Below, piece after piece: positions 38,180-51,000 of a stretch of DNA of 64,000 nucleotides. Each line of letters begins with the position of its first letter. Positions within the stretch are counted from its first letter, which is position 1. This DNA comes from Octopus sinensis (lineage: Eukaryota). A model generated the notes under the pieces. The model worked only from the letters and a program-made list of their open reading frames with translations. It was not told where the DNA came from and did no database searches. The position numbers were made by a program, and so were the translations under genes. Location: positions 806,001 through 870,000 of the forward strand of contig NC_043002.1 in assembly GCF_006345805.1 (NCBI RefSeq). The letters are read 5' to 3'.

Positions 38180-39225
38180 CACCTCAGAGCTAAGACCAAA
38201 GTCCGTCAGGTGCTGATCAGAGAGATCCTCTTTGCTGACGATGCCGCCCTAACATCACACAACTAGCCGGGTCTCCAGAGGCTGGTCAGCTCCCTGGCGG
38301 ATGCCTGCCAAGAGTTCGGCCTTACCATCGACCTGAAAAAGACAGAGATCATGGGCCAGGACGTCGGAGGGGTCCCCAGCATCAGTGTCAGCGACCACAG
38401 CTTGCAGGTGGTGAACGAGTTCACTTACCTGGGATCGACGGTCTCCAGCAGCCTGTCCCTCAAGCCGGAGCTGAACAGACGGATTGGGAAGGCTGCTGCT
38501 GCCATGGCTAAGCTCTCCAGGAGAGTGTGGGGAAACAACATGCTCACAATAACCACCAAGATCGCAGTGTACCGAGCCTGCGTGCTGAGCACCCTACTCT
38601 ACGGCAGCGAGAGCTGGACAACATACACCCGGCAAGAATGCCGCCTCAGCGGCTTCCACATGCGGTGTCTTCGACGGATCCTTGGCATCTCCTGGAAGGA
38701 CCGAGTACCAAACGGAGTCATCCTAGAACAGACTAATATGCCAAGCATGCATGCCCTCCTTGTGCGGAGACGACTGCGCTGGCTCGGACACGTCTGCCAC
38801 ATGCAGGACGGTCGCATGCCTAAAGATATCCTGTACAGCGAACTCACCACGGGATCCTGACCCAAGGGACGTCCACAGCTACGATACAGGGATGTGTGCA
38901 AGCGCGACCTGAGGACTGCCAACATCTGTGTGGACACGTGGGAGGTAACAGCTGCTGACCGCTCTGCCTGGCGTCGGGCAGTGTGGAAAGGCGTTTCCAT
39001 GCCTGAGGAAAGGAGAGCACAGCTGTGGTCGGACAGGCGGGACAGGAGGAGGACAACTGCAGCAACACCCCACACGTACCCATCGATGTTCGTGTGCAGC
39101 AACTGTACCAGGGACTGCCACTCTAGAATTGGACTGTTCAGTCACAGCAGACGCTGCTCATCATCAAAGTGGGCCCCACCCTTGGCGCGACCCATTGTCT
39201 ATCAAGACAGACGGTGGAAAGAAGA
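38180..39225 (+). mobile_element. GC-rich RTE LINE 3' part from a different family, with a C-terminal zinc finger
   Basis: LFADDAAL, EFTYLGSTVS, STLLYGSESW, RRLRWLGHV and CSNCTRDCHSRIGLFSHSRRC. Little decay; one stop at 38858-38860. Confidence 0.9.
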
Positions 39226-39444
39226 AGATGTATGTAAGAGATAATGGTGTCGTTGAGACCCAAAGGTGTCAGGTAATGCCGAATAAGTGCTATAGACAGA
39301 CCATAGTTAAGTTCCAGATTCGGTAATTTTGCGAATAAGGGGCTCAACGTTATTTCTATGTCAGCGTGTGTATATAAGAATTTTTTTGTGTAATGAGATA
39401 AAAAACCAAGGCTGTGTAGATATCAGAACATTTATAGATAGAAG

Positions 39445-39496
39445 GTCTTACAGCTGTTTCCAGGATATTTATTAATTATATCCCTTCATTGGAGAC
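39445..39496 (-). ncRNA. Type I hammerhead ribozyme fold (Penelope-type), core decayed
   Basis: Minus strand reads GTCT-CCAATGA-AGGGATAT-aattaataa-ATATCCTG-GAAA-CAGCTG-TA-AGAC. Helices I and II pair and helix III is the same palindrome as at 18831. The core CCAATGA is one CpG-type transition from CCGATGA. Confidence 0.6.
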
Positions 39497-41139
39497 AGTG
39501 TGAGAGGATGGTTAAGTCAGAGTTAGTTTAGTAGATGTGATACAAAATAGAGAGTGAGGTGGAGGAAAGAAAATAGATGCAAGATATTGAAGTTGTAGCT
39601 GCTATAGTCCCGGTGATAATCACGGCAGCTGAAACCACGTCAAGGTGGCAGAGGTCAATAAGCAATCACAAGTAGAACCTTCTACTGTGGGAAACTAATT
39701 CAGTCTTCACTGACGCACTTGGATGAAGCAGAGGGGGGAAAACCCTGAGAAACTTGATGATACAGAAGGGTTTCTGACATTGCAATGGATTCAGAAAAAC
39801 TTGCAATACCCCTTAGCAGCCCCTGCAGTTTCTGCATAGGGCAAAGCTCTTCCTCTTTTAACCCGCCACCCCACCATGGGGTTATAATCTGTGTCCTTGT
39901 GAAGTACATCCCCATGTTCTCATTCATCCAACGTATGTATATGTCTTATTTTAAATATTATATACAGAATGATTGAAATTTTTGGTGAATTCAATTTGCA
40001 GAGCATATGCATATGTAACCAAAAGACTGTAAAAATTTGGTATGTTAAAAACATACCAGATTTTCCACTCTACTGGTTTGATATATTTTATATATCATCA
40101 GCTTCTTCATTTAATGTCCATGTTCCATGGTGGCATGGGTTGGATGGTTTGACAAAGATCCAATGAGTCAAGGGCTGCATCGTACCCCAGTGTCTGCTTT
40201 AGTATGGTTTCTATGACTGGATGCCCTTCCTAACATTAACCATTTTACAATGTCTAAAATTATGCGTGTCTAAAATTATTCGTTTTGTTTTTGTTCTGAG
40301 TTTTTGCTTTCGTTTTAGCCTTTCGTTTTTTTTTTCTTAATTGTTATCCTTAAATTAATTTAACAATTAAGAAAAAAAAACCGAAAGGCTAAAATTTAGG
40401 GTGAGGATTAGAGTTAGTGACAGGATGTTGTCTGTTTTAGACGCAGCAAATGATTTTAGCTCAATAGAGGCCATAGGATTGGTTAAAATTCGAAGAATTA
40501 AACTACGTTAAACTTACAAATTACAATTTTCTCAAGAAAGCCAAGAGAAAAAAATGTTTTATTTTGACACATTCTACCAATATACGAAGTTTAAAAGTGT
40601 TTAGTTAACTAGAAATTGTGTTGAAAACTGCTGTTCAAAAGGAAAAGATCCCTCTTGACCCCTACTCTCTTTCCCTCTTCTCTCTTTCTCTCCCCTCTTT
40701 CCCTCTTACTCTCTTCTCTCCTCCTCTCTCTCCTCACTCACCCACCTTCCCCTCCCCTATAAGCCCACCCACCCCTACACATCCTTACTCCACCTTCCCA
40801 TCTCCCCATCCCCCCCATCCTATCCCACACACCCTCCCATACATACCCCACCTCTACCCCAACCCTCAGCCGAACCCACACCCCACCCGTGATTTCCCCA
40901 CTCTCGCCTCCCCCACCTCCCAACAACATTACATCACAACACCACCCACCACCCACACACCCATCCCCATATTTTCACACCTACACATACATACACGCAC
41001 ACGTTCAGACCACCAGCCCTCTTTCACACGCACATACATACTCTCTTATACACACATGTACCTTCGTGTTGGGGGTCCTCTTCACTTTGTTATCTCCCCT
41101 ACTTTCCTTCTCCGGTGTGACCCTTCTGTCCGAGTCAGA

Positions 41140-41332
41140 CGCCATGATAGATCATTAGCCACTACACACAATTTTTTTCTCTCCTTGTTTGTTTCTGTGT
41201 CCTTTTCTGTAGAAGAGCGTAGGCTTGAAACGTCAAAGACTTTTTCTATTCCTGAGCGTTATACTAATACATCTGTTTGTTTTGTACACCACCTGTCTTC
41301 GTCTTTTGTTGTTTTTTTTCGTAAACTCTCCC

Positions 41333-41335
<3 letters not shown>
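41140..41335 (+). mobile_element. Penelope-like element terminal fragment
   Basis: ctgtagaagagcgtaggcttgaaacgtcaaagac and its flanks are homologous to 18185-18390 in reverse; followed by (TA)n. Confidence 0.55.
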
Positions 41336-41363
<28 letters not shown>

Positions 41364-41537
41364 ACACACACACATATGTATGTATACTTTCTTACATTGC
41401 ACATCCAACAGAGAATGCTGGGTTAATTTCTTTCCAGTAGAAACCAAACGAAAGTAGATGAGCTGTCTATATATGTATATGAATCATTTAACATCTGTCT
41501 TCCATGCTGGCATGGGTTGGGTGTATATGTATGTATG

Positions 41538-43417
41538 TATTGTAAAAACCCATGTAATTTATGCACTTTTTTCACAAAAGTAAAAATAAACTTTAGGGGA
41601 TGTGTAAATTGCATGAGTAGATCATTTCCAGAAATTTTTTTTGTTGAAAAAGGATTTATAAACATTTGTACAGGAAGTTGACTCATCTAATGTATTGGGT
41701 TGTCCGGAAAGTTCGTGCTGATTTATAGTAGCTTACCTTTTGACTTATTTTAGAACATGATTGAGTCCATAAAATAGGATTTGACTACACCTCCATTTAG
41801 AGCACAGTTTAAGCTATCTTTTTGTGGAAGAAGGTTTATGTTCCTATAACCTGTGTTAATTCTGTAACCCTTTAAAATGGAAGATAAGAAAGTTCATTTT
41901 TGGCACTTGATGCTTTTCTTTTTCCGTAAAGGGAAAAATGTGTCACAAGCAACCAAAGAAATATGCACAGTTTACGGTGATGTTTCAATATCTGAAAGAA
42001 CTATACAGAAGTGGTTCGCAAGGTTCTGAGCTGGAGATTGTAGCCTGATTGATAAAGAGCGAGCAGGTAGACCATCCACTACAGATGATGACCAAATCAA
42101 GTCATTAATTGAGAATAACCCACATTTCACAACCCGAGAATTCGTAGAAAGCCTCAACCTATCAAAATCTGTCGTTCATGAGCATAGCTTGGGTACACAA
42201 ATCGCTACGAAGTTTGGGTACCACATGAGTTGAGTGAGAAGAACCTTTTGGATCGCATTTCCATCTGTGATTCACTTTATAAACGGAATGAAAACGCGCC
42301 TTTTTTAAAGCAAATTGTGACAAGTGATGAGAAATGGATTAACTACCGAAATGTTCAGAGAAAGCAATCCTAGAGCAAGCGACATGAGCCACCTTTAGCC
42401 ACCACAAAGCGGGTCTTTACCCTAAAAAAGTCTTGCTTTGTGTCTGGTGGGATTGGAAAGGAATTCTGTACTATGAGCTTCTCTCAAGTAACCAGACGAT
42501 TAATACTGCACACAACTGGATGAGTTAAAAGCAGCAATTCAAGAGAAATGTTCAGAATTGGCCAACAGGAAGGGTGTTGTTTTCCAACACAATAATGCAA
42601 GACCGCACGTTTCTTTGGGAACCAGACAAAAATTGCTGCAGCTTGGTTACACCAATTTCAAACATTAGCTTCATTAGTATTAAAATGCCTCCCAGCAGCT
42701 CTATTACTACGTTCAAATGAATATTCAACATATTTAATTTCTCCTTTGCAGTAAACGATTCACAAGTTCTGCCCATTCTGACAATAATGGTAATTTTAAA
42801 GTTTGCTTAACAGTTTATAAGCATGAAAGGGATTAAAATTTCGATACTCTGTATCAAAGGTTCTGACAAGGATAGGTAGAAAAGAATTCTGTTTACATAA
42901 GCAGTTTGATCAGTCACCTTCTTCTGTCAGTTGAGTAAAGTGTCATCCAAGCTGATGTTTATTGGTAATTAGACTTAATTTGCAACACTTGTACGTATTT
43001 ATTAGCTTTGTTTTTGTTGGTAATTCTTAGCAGCTTTTCCTGTGATCATGATTTGAGAAGACATACAGCAGTATGCTAAAGATCAGACATAATCTCTTCT
43101 GGGCAAGAAATGTAAAATAAAGTTTAGTATAAACAACACAAACACTTTGTAATTTAATAGCTTTCATTGTGATACCTGCTAAGCAGAAATTATTTCTATT
43201 TAATGAAAATTTAATAAAATCTAATCACGAGCAAGTGAAATTATGCTAAATACAACTAAATTGAAAACCTTTTTTTTCTGGCTATATCAGCAATTCTGAA
43301 AACTTTTGGGTGTGAATTTTACACGAGTTGAAGCTTTTTTTTTTTTACCAAATTTTATCCTGAAAATCACCTGCATAAATTACACAGGTGCACAAATTTA
43401 CATGGGTTTTTATGGTA
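41538..43417 (-). mobile_element. Internally deleted pogo/Tc2-like DNA transposon hosting a mariner
   Basis: TIRs tattgtaaaaacccatgtaatttatgcac and, as reverse complement, taccataaaaacccatgtaaatttgtgcac. Minus-strand HTH remnant MGRTCESFTAKEKL/VEYSFERSNRAAGRHFNTNEANV*NW at 42650-42776. Confidence 0.75.
41695..42650 (+). mobile_element. Mariner (mellifera-like) transposon, 3'-truncated pseudogene
   Basis: TA|ttgggttg TIR start. ORF from 41877: MEDKKVHFWHLMLFFFRKGKN..., WVPHEL, IVTSDEKW, KKVLLCVWWD, FQHNNARPH. Stops and frameshifts present. Confidence 0.9.
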
Positions 43418-44499
43418 TGCTAGTTAACTCAAAGCTGAGACCCTGACAGGTGCTACTACTTTGGGTCAGAATAGACCTGGGAGCAATAGTGGCTAGGAAA
43501 TGGTTCCACACTCTGCCAAACTCTGGAACTCCTGCATCAAAGTTCTACAATTAGATACAGTTTAAAGTCAAAACTATTTAAGTGCAGATGCAGAAATACT
43601 CTTGGTTACTGTCAGGGCATGGAATAAAACCACTGGGAGTAAGGGATTCCCAGCAGCTGTTAGAGCATCCTTCTAGGAGAGGGACACTCTGATGTAAAAC
43701 CTGCTCTTTCACATGATTACTGGACATCTAACTTTGGCCTGTTGTTAGGCACTAATTATGGAAACTCAGAGAGTGGTACTTAAGTTGTACAAGTGTTTAA
43801 TCTTTATGATCATATGATGTACAAATGTTTCTTTTTATGGTGGCCTCATTTGTCATTCCATCTCCAGAAAGTCCTGTGGTGATGGAGGAGTGGTCACACG
43901 TGCAGACCTAACAAGTTATAACTTTTGTTGGTCACTTATGTTTCAAACCATGCAGGCATGCAACAAGACTGAATAGTCACCTGAGAGGTCATGAATGGAA
44001 AGTCAGAATTGCTGTTGACAACAAGGAAGCATAGGGAGATGGCACTCACCATATGCATATATGTATGTATATGTCCTGAGTATAACATTAAACTGCATCC
44101 GGTGGTGAGGCACCTGTTGGGGAGAATGGAGTCACTCCTTAATTACCATTACTTCCAGGTCTGTTCTGACGTGGAACAGTAGTACCTGCCTGGGTTCCAT
44201 CTATGGGTTAGAAAGATTTCCCAGAGGTAAAGGAGGCTCCCATTATTTTTGACAGAGCTGCTGGAAAGGTAGCTCCACTAGGAGAAAGATCCTGATGCAG
44301 ACAGAATAGTAGTAGTAGCGATCTTGCAGTGCTTGTCAAAAGGAACCTACTGTAGTGACTGAGGGAGTGGCAAAAGTGTTGTACAAGCTTTTGTCACTTG
44401 AATCTGATGATGGACAGATGCCTCACTAGCATTTCATTTCTTGGCTGTGAAATGACTATCAACTGACAAGATGAGGCAATCATCAGATGTATGTAAATG

Positions 44500-45280
44500 T
44501 CATCATCATCTAACGTCTGTTTTCCATGCTAGCATGGGTTGGATGGTTAGACAGGAGCTGACCAGCTGAAGAGCTGCTGCTTGGGCTTCATTTGTCTGTT
44601 TTGGCATGGTTTCTATGGCTGATGCCCTTCCCAATGTGCCAACCATTTCATAGAGCATGGCCATGTCAACGTGTCTGTGTTGCTTGTACGTGGAACTGGC
44701 ATGGGTGCTTTTACTTGGCACCAACACAGGAGACACTTTTACACAGTACTGACGCAGGTGCTTTTATGTGGCACCCATGAGTCTTCAAGATTAGCATCCC
44801 TAGGCTGGGAGAGGCATGTAGAGGACATGACTTTATGCATGGGCACCCATGATTTTACTTAGTTTGACATGTCTTCTCAACTGCAACACACCACCAGATG
44901 TCTCGATTGCTTGTCATCTCCTCTGTGAGGCCCAATATCTGAAGATCCTTTATCACTACTTTGTCCCATATTTTCCTGGGTCTACCTCTTCCACATGATC
45001 CCTCCACAATTAGAGATCAGCACAGCTTTCTCCCTTGCGCTCTACATCTGATTCCTTGTACACCCAGTTTTTCTTTCCAATTACTTACGCTGTTGCTTAT
45101 GCACCCTGACATGCTCCATCCAGTGGAGCATTTTGGCTTCATTTCTTTCAATCCTTTGCATTCCTTCAATGGTCACAGCCCATGTCTTACTGCCATGTAA
45201 CATGGTTATTTATACACAGGCATCATACAATCTGCCTTTCACTTTGAGGGAGAGGCCATTTGTTATTACTAGAGGTAGAC
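44500..45280 (-). mobile_element. Older RTE LINE 3' fragment
   Basis: (CAT)n tail at 44500, family UTR, ORF2 C-terminal remnant ending at ...gaggtag. Confidence 0.8.
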
Positions 45281-45337
45281 CTATTGAGTCAAGTACGTCA
45301 ACATCAAAATCAAAATCAATGGGAAATTGTAGTTATG

Positions 45338-46663
45338 ATACCTGGGCAAAGTTTAGGGAGCTCTTACCTCTGCTGGTGACTAAAGGCCTCTCGCTCAGAG
45401 TAAAAGGCAGACTGTATGATGCGTGTGTACGAACAGCCATGCTACATGGCAGCGAAACATGGGCCGTGACTGCTGAGGACATGCGTAAGCTCGTGAGGAA
45501 TGAAGCCAGTATGCTCCGATGGATGTGTAATGTCAGTGTACATACTCGACAGAGCGTTAGCACCTTGAGAGAAATGTTGTACCTAAGAAGCATCAGTTGT
45601 GGTGTGCAAGAGAGACGATTGCGCTGGTATGGTCATGTGGCGAGAATGGATGAAGATAGGTGTGTGAGAAAGTGCCAATCCCTAGCAGTTGAGGGAACCC
45701 GTGGAAGAGGTAGACCCAGGAAAACCTGGGACGAGGTGGTGAAGCACGACCTTCGAACTTTAGGCCTCACTGAGGAAATGACCAGAGACCGAGACCTTTG
45801 GAAATATTCTGTACGTGAGAAGACCAGGCAGGACAAGTGAGCCCAGCCCACTTATGAATGCCTTTCCTCCCTTGGACACAAAGACCGGTTGAGGCAAACG
45901 AAGTCGATATAGAACCTCATCCGACGACAGACACCCATGCCAACCCCCCATGCTTGCGAAGACATGTTGGGGCAAGCGAAATCGAAATCGAAACCGAATT
46001 GAACCAGCCAGGATCCCTGGCCTGGTGGTACGTAAAAAGCACTATCCGACTCGTGGCCGTGGCACGTAAAATACTCCAATGCGACCGTACGACAGGCACC
46101 CATGCCAACCCCCTTTGCTTGTGAAGACATGTTGGGGCAAGCGAAATCGAAATCGAATTGAACCAGCCAGGATCTCTGGTCTGGTACGTAAAAAGCACTA
46201 TCCGACTCGTGGCCGTGGCACGTAAAATACTCCAATGCGACCGTACGACAGGCACCCTTGCCAACCCCCTTTGCTTGTGAAGACATGTTGGGGCAAGCGA
46301 AATCGAAATCGAATTGAACCAGCCAGGATCCCTGGTCTGGTGGTACGTAAAAAGCACTATCCGACTCGTGGCCGATGCCAGCACCGCCTCGACTGGCTTC
46401 CGTGCCGGTGGCACATAAAATACACCAATCTGACCGTGGCCGTTGCCAGCCCCGCCTGGCACCTGTGCAGGTGGCACGTAAAAAGCACCCACTACACTCA
46501 CGGAGTGGTTGGCGTTAGGAAGGGCATCCAGCTGTAGAAACATTGCCAAATTAGACTGGAGCCTGGTGCAGCCTTCTGGCTTCCCAGAACCCCGGTCGAA
46601 CCGTCCAACCCATGCTAGCATGGAGAACGGACGTTAAACGACGATGATGATGATGATGATGAT
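45338..46663 (+). mobile_element. Young 5'-truncated RTE LINE with a tandemly repeated 3' UTR
   Basis: Uninterrupted C-terminal frame WAKFRELLPLLVTKGLSLRVKG...EKTRQDK* (to 45840) with CpGs intact. About 160-bp UTR repeat x3 and a (GAT)n tail. A further 3' end follows at about 46664-46978. Confidence 0.9.
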
Positions 46664-47105
46664 ACCTGTGCCGGTGACACATAAAAAGCACCGTCCGAAC
46701 GTGGCCGATGCCAGCACTGTCTGACTGGCATCCATGTCGGTGACACGTAAAAGCACCAACTGATTGTGGCCGTTTGCCAGGCTCCCCTGGCGCCTGTGCT
46801 GGTGGCATGTAAAAAGCAACCACTACACTCACTCAGTGGTTGTTGTTAGGAAGGGCATCCAGCTGTAGAAACACTGCCAGATCAGATTGGAGCCTGGTGC
46901 AGCTTCCTGGCTTCCCAGACCTCGGTTGAACCATCCAACCAATGCTAGCATGGAAAACGGACGTTAAACGATGATGAGAGGTAGTATAAATATGTATGCA
47001 TATACATGTTTTGTGTATGTGTATATATATGTGTATGTATGTATGTATATGCATATATGTATATATACCTATATGAATACATGTATATATACATGCGTGT
47101 ATATA

Positions 47106-47958
47106 TGAGGAGGTACCCAAAAGTTACCAGAAACGTTTTCTGTAGAACAAACCCATTGTAGTTCAGGCTTTCACTGTTAGAAGCAACTTTATGTGACTCT
47201 CAGGCATCAGTCTGCTGACGGGTGTCATTAGGTGATGCCGTACTACTACATGGGGCATCTTTGTTTTGCAGTGCTTCTCCCCTGTTCATAGATTTTTGCA
47301 GTGGCTGAAACAAAGAAACGGCATGCTTCTGTAAAATTGTGTTTTCTACTGGGGAAAATGGATGTTGCCATGAGCAAAACACAAACTTACAAGTGGTTTT
47401 CACACTTTAGGAACGGTCACTTGTTGCTTGAAGACCAGCCTTGTTCAGGGTGACTGTTGACCTCCCAAACGAATGAAAATTCATGAACTGATCTTGGATG
47501 ACTGTTGTTGAACAATTGATGAACTTGTTGATATGACTAGTGTGTCCTGGAGCTCCTGCCAATGAATTTTGAGCAAGGAGTTGCGAATGAAAAGAGTTGC
47601 AGCAAAATTTATGTCTTCCTTGCTTGCTCACAGAAGATCAAAAGCAGTCATGACTGAATGCATGTCATGAACTGAAAGTACAGTTGGAAGTTGATTCAGA
47701 CCTTTTCTTTGAAGGTCATCACTGGTGACGAAAGTTGGGGCTACGGAATTTGCAGAAGTGTTGAAGAAAAAAATGATGGATGCATTAAAAGCATCGCTTT
47801 GCAAGAGTTCCAGCACTGCCTTGAATAGTAGAAAATGCATCTGGACCGATGCATTGTTTCAAATGGAGAATACTTAGAAGGTGGTAAAAGTGTGTAAACC
47901 TGTAAGAGTAAGTAAATAAAATATTGTAAAATTGCATTTTCTTTTGGGTACCCTGTCA
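47106..47958 (+). mobile_element. Internally deleted mariner (irritans-like) with both TIRs
   Basis: TA TSDs. TIRs tgaggaggtacccaaaag and, as reverse complement, tgacagggtacccaaaag. Remnants VKLCFLLGK, YKWFSHFRNG, VITGDESWGY and LDRCIVSNGEYLEG. Confidence 0.85.
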
Positions 47959-48000
47959 TATATATGTATGTATATAGATATGTGTGTATGTATGTATATA

Positions 48001-51000
48001 TATCTATCTATCCGCTCAGTCGACTCTTGGTTACTCAATGGATCAGTGTCCTTCAGCCAGTTCTATCCTGGGTCGCTTCTTTCAGATTGGCTATGGCCAT
48101 TCCTGTGTCACTCTTGATGGTGTCAAGCCAGCGGGTTCTTAGTCGGCCTCTTTCTCTCTTGCCACTGACCATTCTGAGCATGATGTCCTTCTCCAGGGAT
48201 TTTCTCTGCATAATATGACCAAAATATGCCAATCTATGCTTGGTGATCCTAGCTTCTGGTGACAGTTTCGGCTTGATCTGGTTAAGAACTTCTCCATTGG
48301 TGAGCCTCGCTGCCAAAGAATCTGTAAAATTCTTGTCCAACACCAAAGTTCGAATGCATTAATTCTCTTCTGGTCAGCTTTCTTTAGTGTCCATGTCTCG
48401 CATCCGTATGTTGCTATTGGGAAGACAATTGCATTCACCAATCTGCATTTGGTAGTGAGTCTGATGTCTCTACTCTTCCAGACCTTGCTCATACTGACCA
48501 TTGCCTCTCTGCCTAGTACTATCTGCCGTCTTATTTCTGGAGTGCAGTCACCATCTCGATTTATTTTGGAGCCAAGGAAGATGAAACCATCAACCACTTC
48601 GATCTCTTCATTATCGATCTTGATGTTGATGCTTGTTGTGGCTGCTGTTGACATGATCTTCGTTTTCTTGACATTGAGATACAGCCCAAATTTCTCACTC
48701 TCTTTCTTGACCAGCAGGACAAGATCCTCCAGATCCTTACCACTCTCCGCCAGCAGGGTTGTATCATCTGCATAGCGAAGATTATTGATATTTCTTCCTC
48801 CAATCCTAACTCCAATGCTGCTGTCCTCCAGGCCTGCATTCCTCATCACCTTTTCAGCGCACATGTTGAAGGCTGCTGGTGACAGGATGCAACCTTGCCG
48901 AGTGCCTTTTCCAATCTCAACCCAATCAGTGTCGCCATATGGTGTCCGTACTGTAGCCTCTTGGTTTTGATAGAGTGATCTAATAAGCTGGACAAGGTGT
49001 AAAGGTGTTCCCATTTCCTCCAGACATTTCCATAACTTGTCATGGTCAATGCTGTCAAAGGCTTTGGAGTAATCGATGAAACACATGTACAGCTTCTTTT
49101 GGTATTCTCTTGCCTCTTCCATAATCCACCGTAGGTTGGCGATGTGACCGTGGCTGCCTCTTCCCTTTATGAAACCAGCTTGCACCTCTGGCAATTCTCT
49201 CTCAATAGTTGTGTTCAGGCGATTCTGGATGACTTTAAGGAGGATTTGGCTGACATGAGGGATCAGGGTGATGGTACGGTAGTTTGCGCAGTCCTTGGTA
49301 TCTCTTTTCTTTGGTATTGGGATGACAACTGACCTCTTCCATTCCTTTGGCCACTTACCGGTTCTCCATATTCGTTGGCAAAGCGATGTTAGTGTTTTTG
49401 TTGGCATTGGCTTGAGTAATTCTAGTGGAATGCCATCAGTACCTGGGGTTTTTCGGTTGGCCAGCTGTTTCATTGCCCATACTACCTCATCCTCCAGGAT
49501 GTCTGGCTCCAGTTCCAGTGGCTTCTCTTCTGACTGCTCATCGAGGTTGTTCCCTGCTTACCACTGTTCAGTGTACTCTTTCCATCTTTTTCTGATCCCT
49601 TCTTGGTCATGCAGTTCTTCACCATTTCTCCCATGGATGGTTGCTTGTCTGGCCATGAATGCTGTATGGGTCTTCTTTACACGTTGGTACCGGTTCTCTC
49701 ATGTTCCCTTTCCTGTATGTCCCCTCTGCCCTTGCACATTCCTCATTCCAGTATTTCTCTTTTGTCCTTCCTGGCGGCCTGTTGGAACATTGCATTCAGG
49801 CGTCGCACTTCATCCCTGCTTCTGGCCATCTCCTTCTTTCTTCTGCTATTGCAGTAGTCTCCTCCGAAATCCACTTTGCTGATCGTGTGGGTTTCTTGTA
49901 CAGTTCATGTTTCTCTGCTGTTTCAATGACAATTTCCTTCACATTCTACCATATTTCTTTTGCTTCTTGATTCTCTTTGATGGCGAGCAGTTTGAAGCGG
50001 TTTCTGATCTCAGCGTCATATGATGGACCGATCTTGTTGGTATCAAATTTCTGGCAAGTGGGTGGTCGCTTGACACTGCAGAGTCACATCTTGATCTTGG
50101 CAACCAGATGTTCATGGTCAGATCCACAGTCTGCCCCAGGGAACGTCTTCACAGCTTGGACTGAACTCTTCCACCGTTGCTGACATAGGATGTAGTCGAT
50201 TTGATTGCGGTATTGTCCACTTGGTGACATCCAGGTGTATAGCCGTCTTCTTAGTTGCCAAAACCAAGTATAGGTTGGCCGCATGTGTTCTTGACAAAAT
50301 TGGACCAGTCGATCTCCTGCTTCATTCCGTTCTCCTAATCCAAATTTGCCAACGATGTCTGCTTCTGCCCTTTCTCCAATTTTGGCATTGAAGTCTCCCA
50401 GAATATACACAACATCTGCTCATGGTGTTTCCTCGATTGCACCCGGAATTTCTGCATAGAATTGTTCAATCTCATCTTCTTTGGCGTCGGCAGTTCGTGC
50501 ATAGATTTGTAGCAATGTGATGTTGTTGGGTTTGGCTTTGATGCGAATGGTAATCACTCGATCACTGATGGTCTGGTAACTTTCAACATACTTGGATATT
50601 TTCTTGTATAGAACAAATCCCACTCCATGTTGTCTGGTCTTACTGTTGCCTAAAAAGTACATTGTATGATCACCAGAGTTGAAGAAACCATTGCCAGTCC
50701 AATGAACTTCGCTGACTCCCAGGATATCGATGTTTAACCGATTCATTTCCTTCTGGATGGTGTCCAACTTCCCAATGTTCATTCCCTTTATGTTCCATGT
50801 TCCAATTTTCGTGACTTTTGTGCAGCGCAGGGATCTCAGTTCGCTGGTGGCTACATCAGCAGGTAGGTGTCCAGAAGGATTTGCCCCATCCGCGTCATCA
50901 ATACCGCCGCTATTATGATTAGCCTTGTGCTCTTCCCCAGTAGCCAATGTGGTACCTCGCAGCCCAGGGGTCCCACCGCTTGGTACCATCATATTAAAAT

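Noticed and set aside
40630-41100. 279-aa Pro/His-rich ORF (40618-41457)
   Set aside because: It runs through pyrimidine-rich low-complexity repeat, a Penelope-like terminus and (TA)n; not protein-like.
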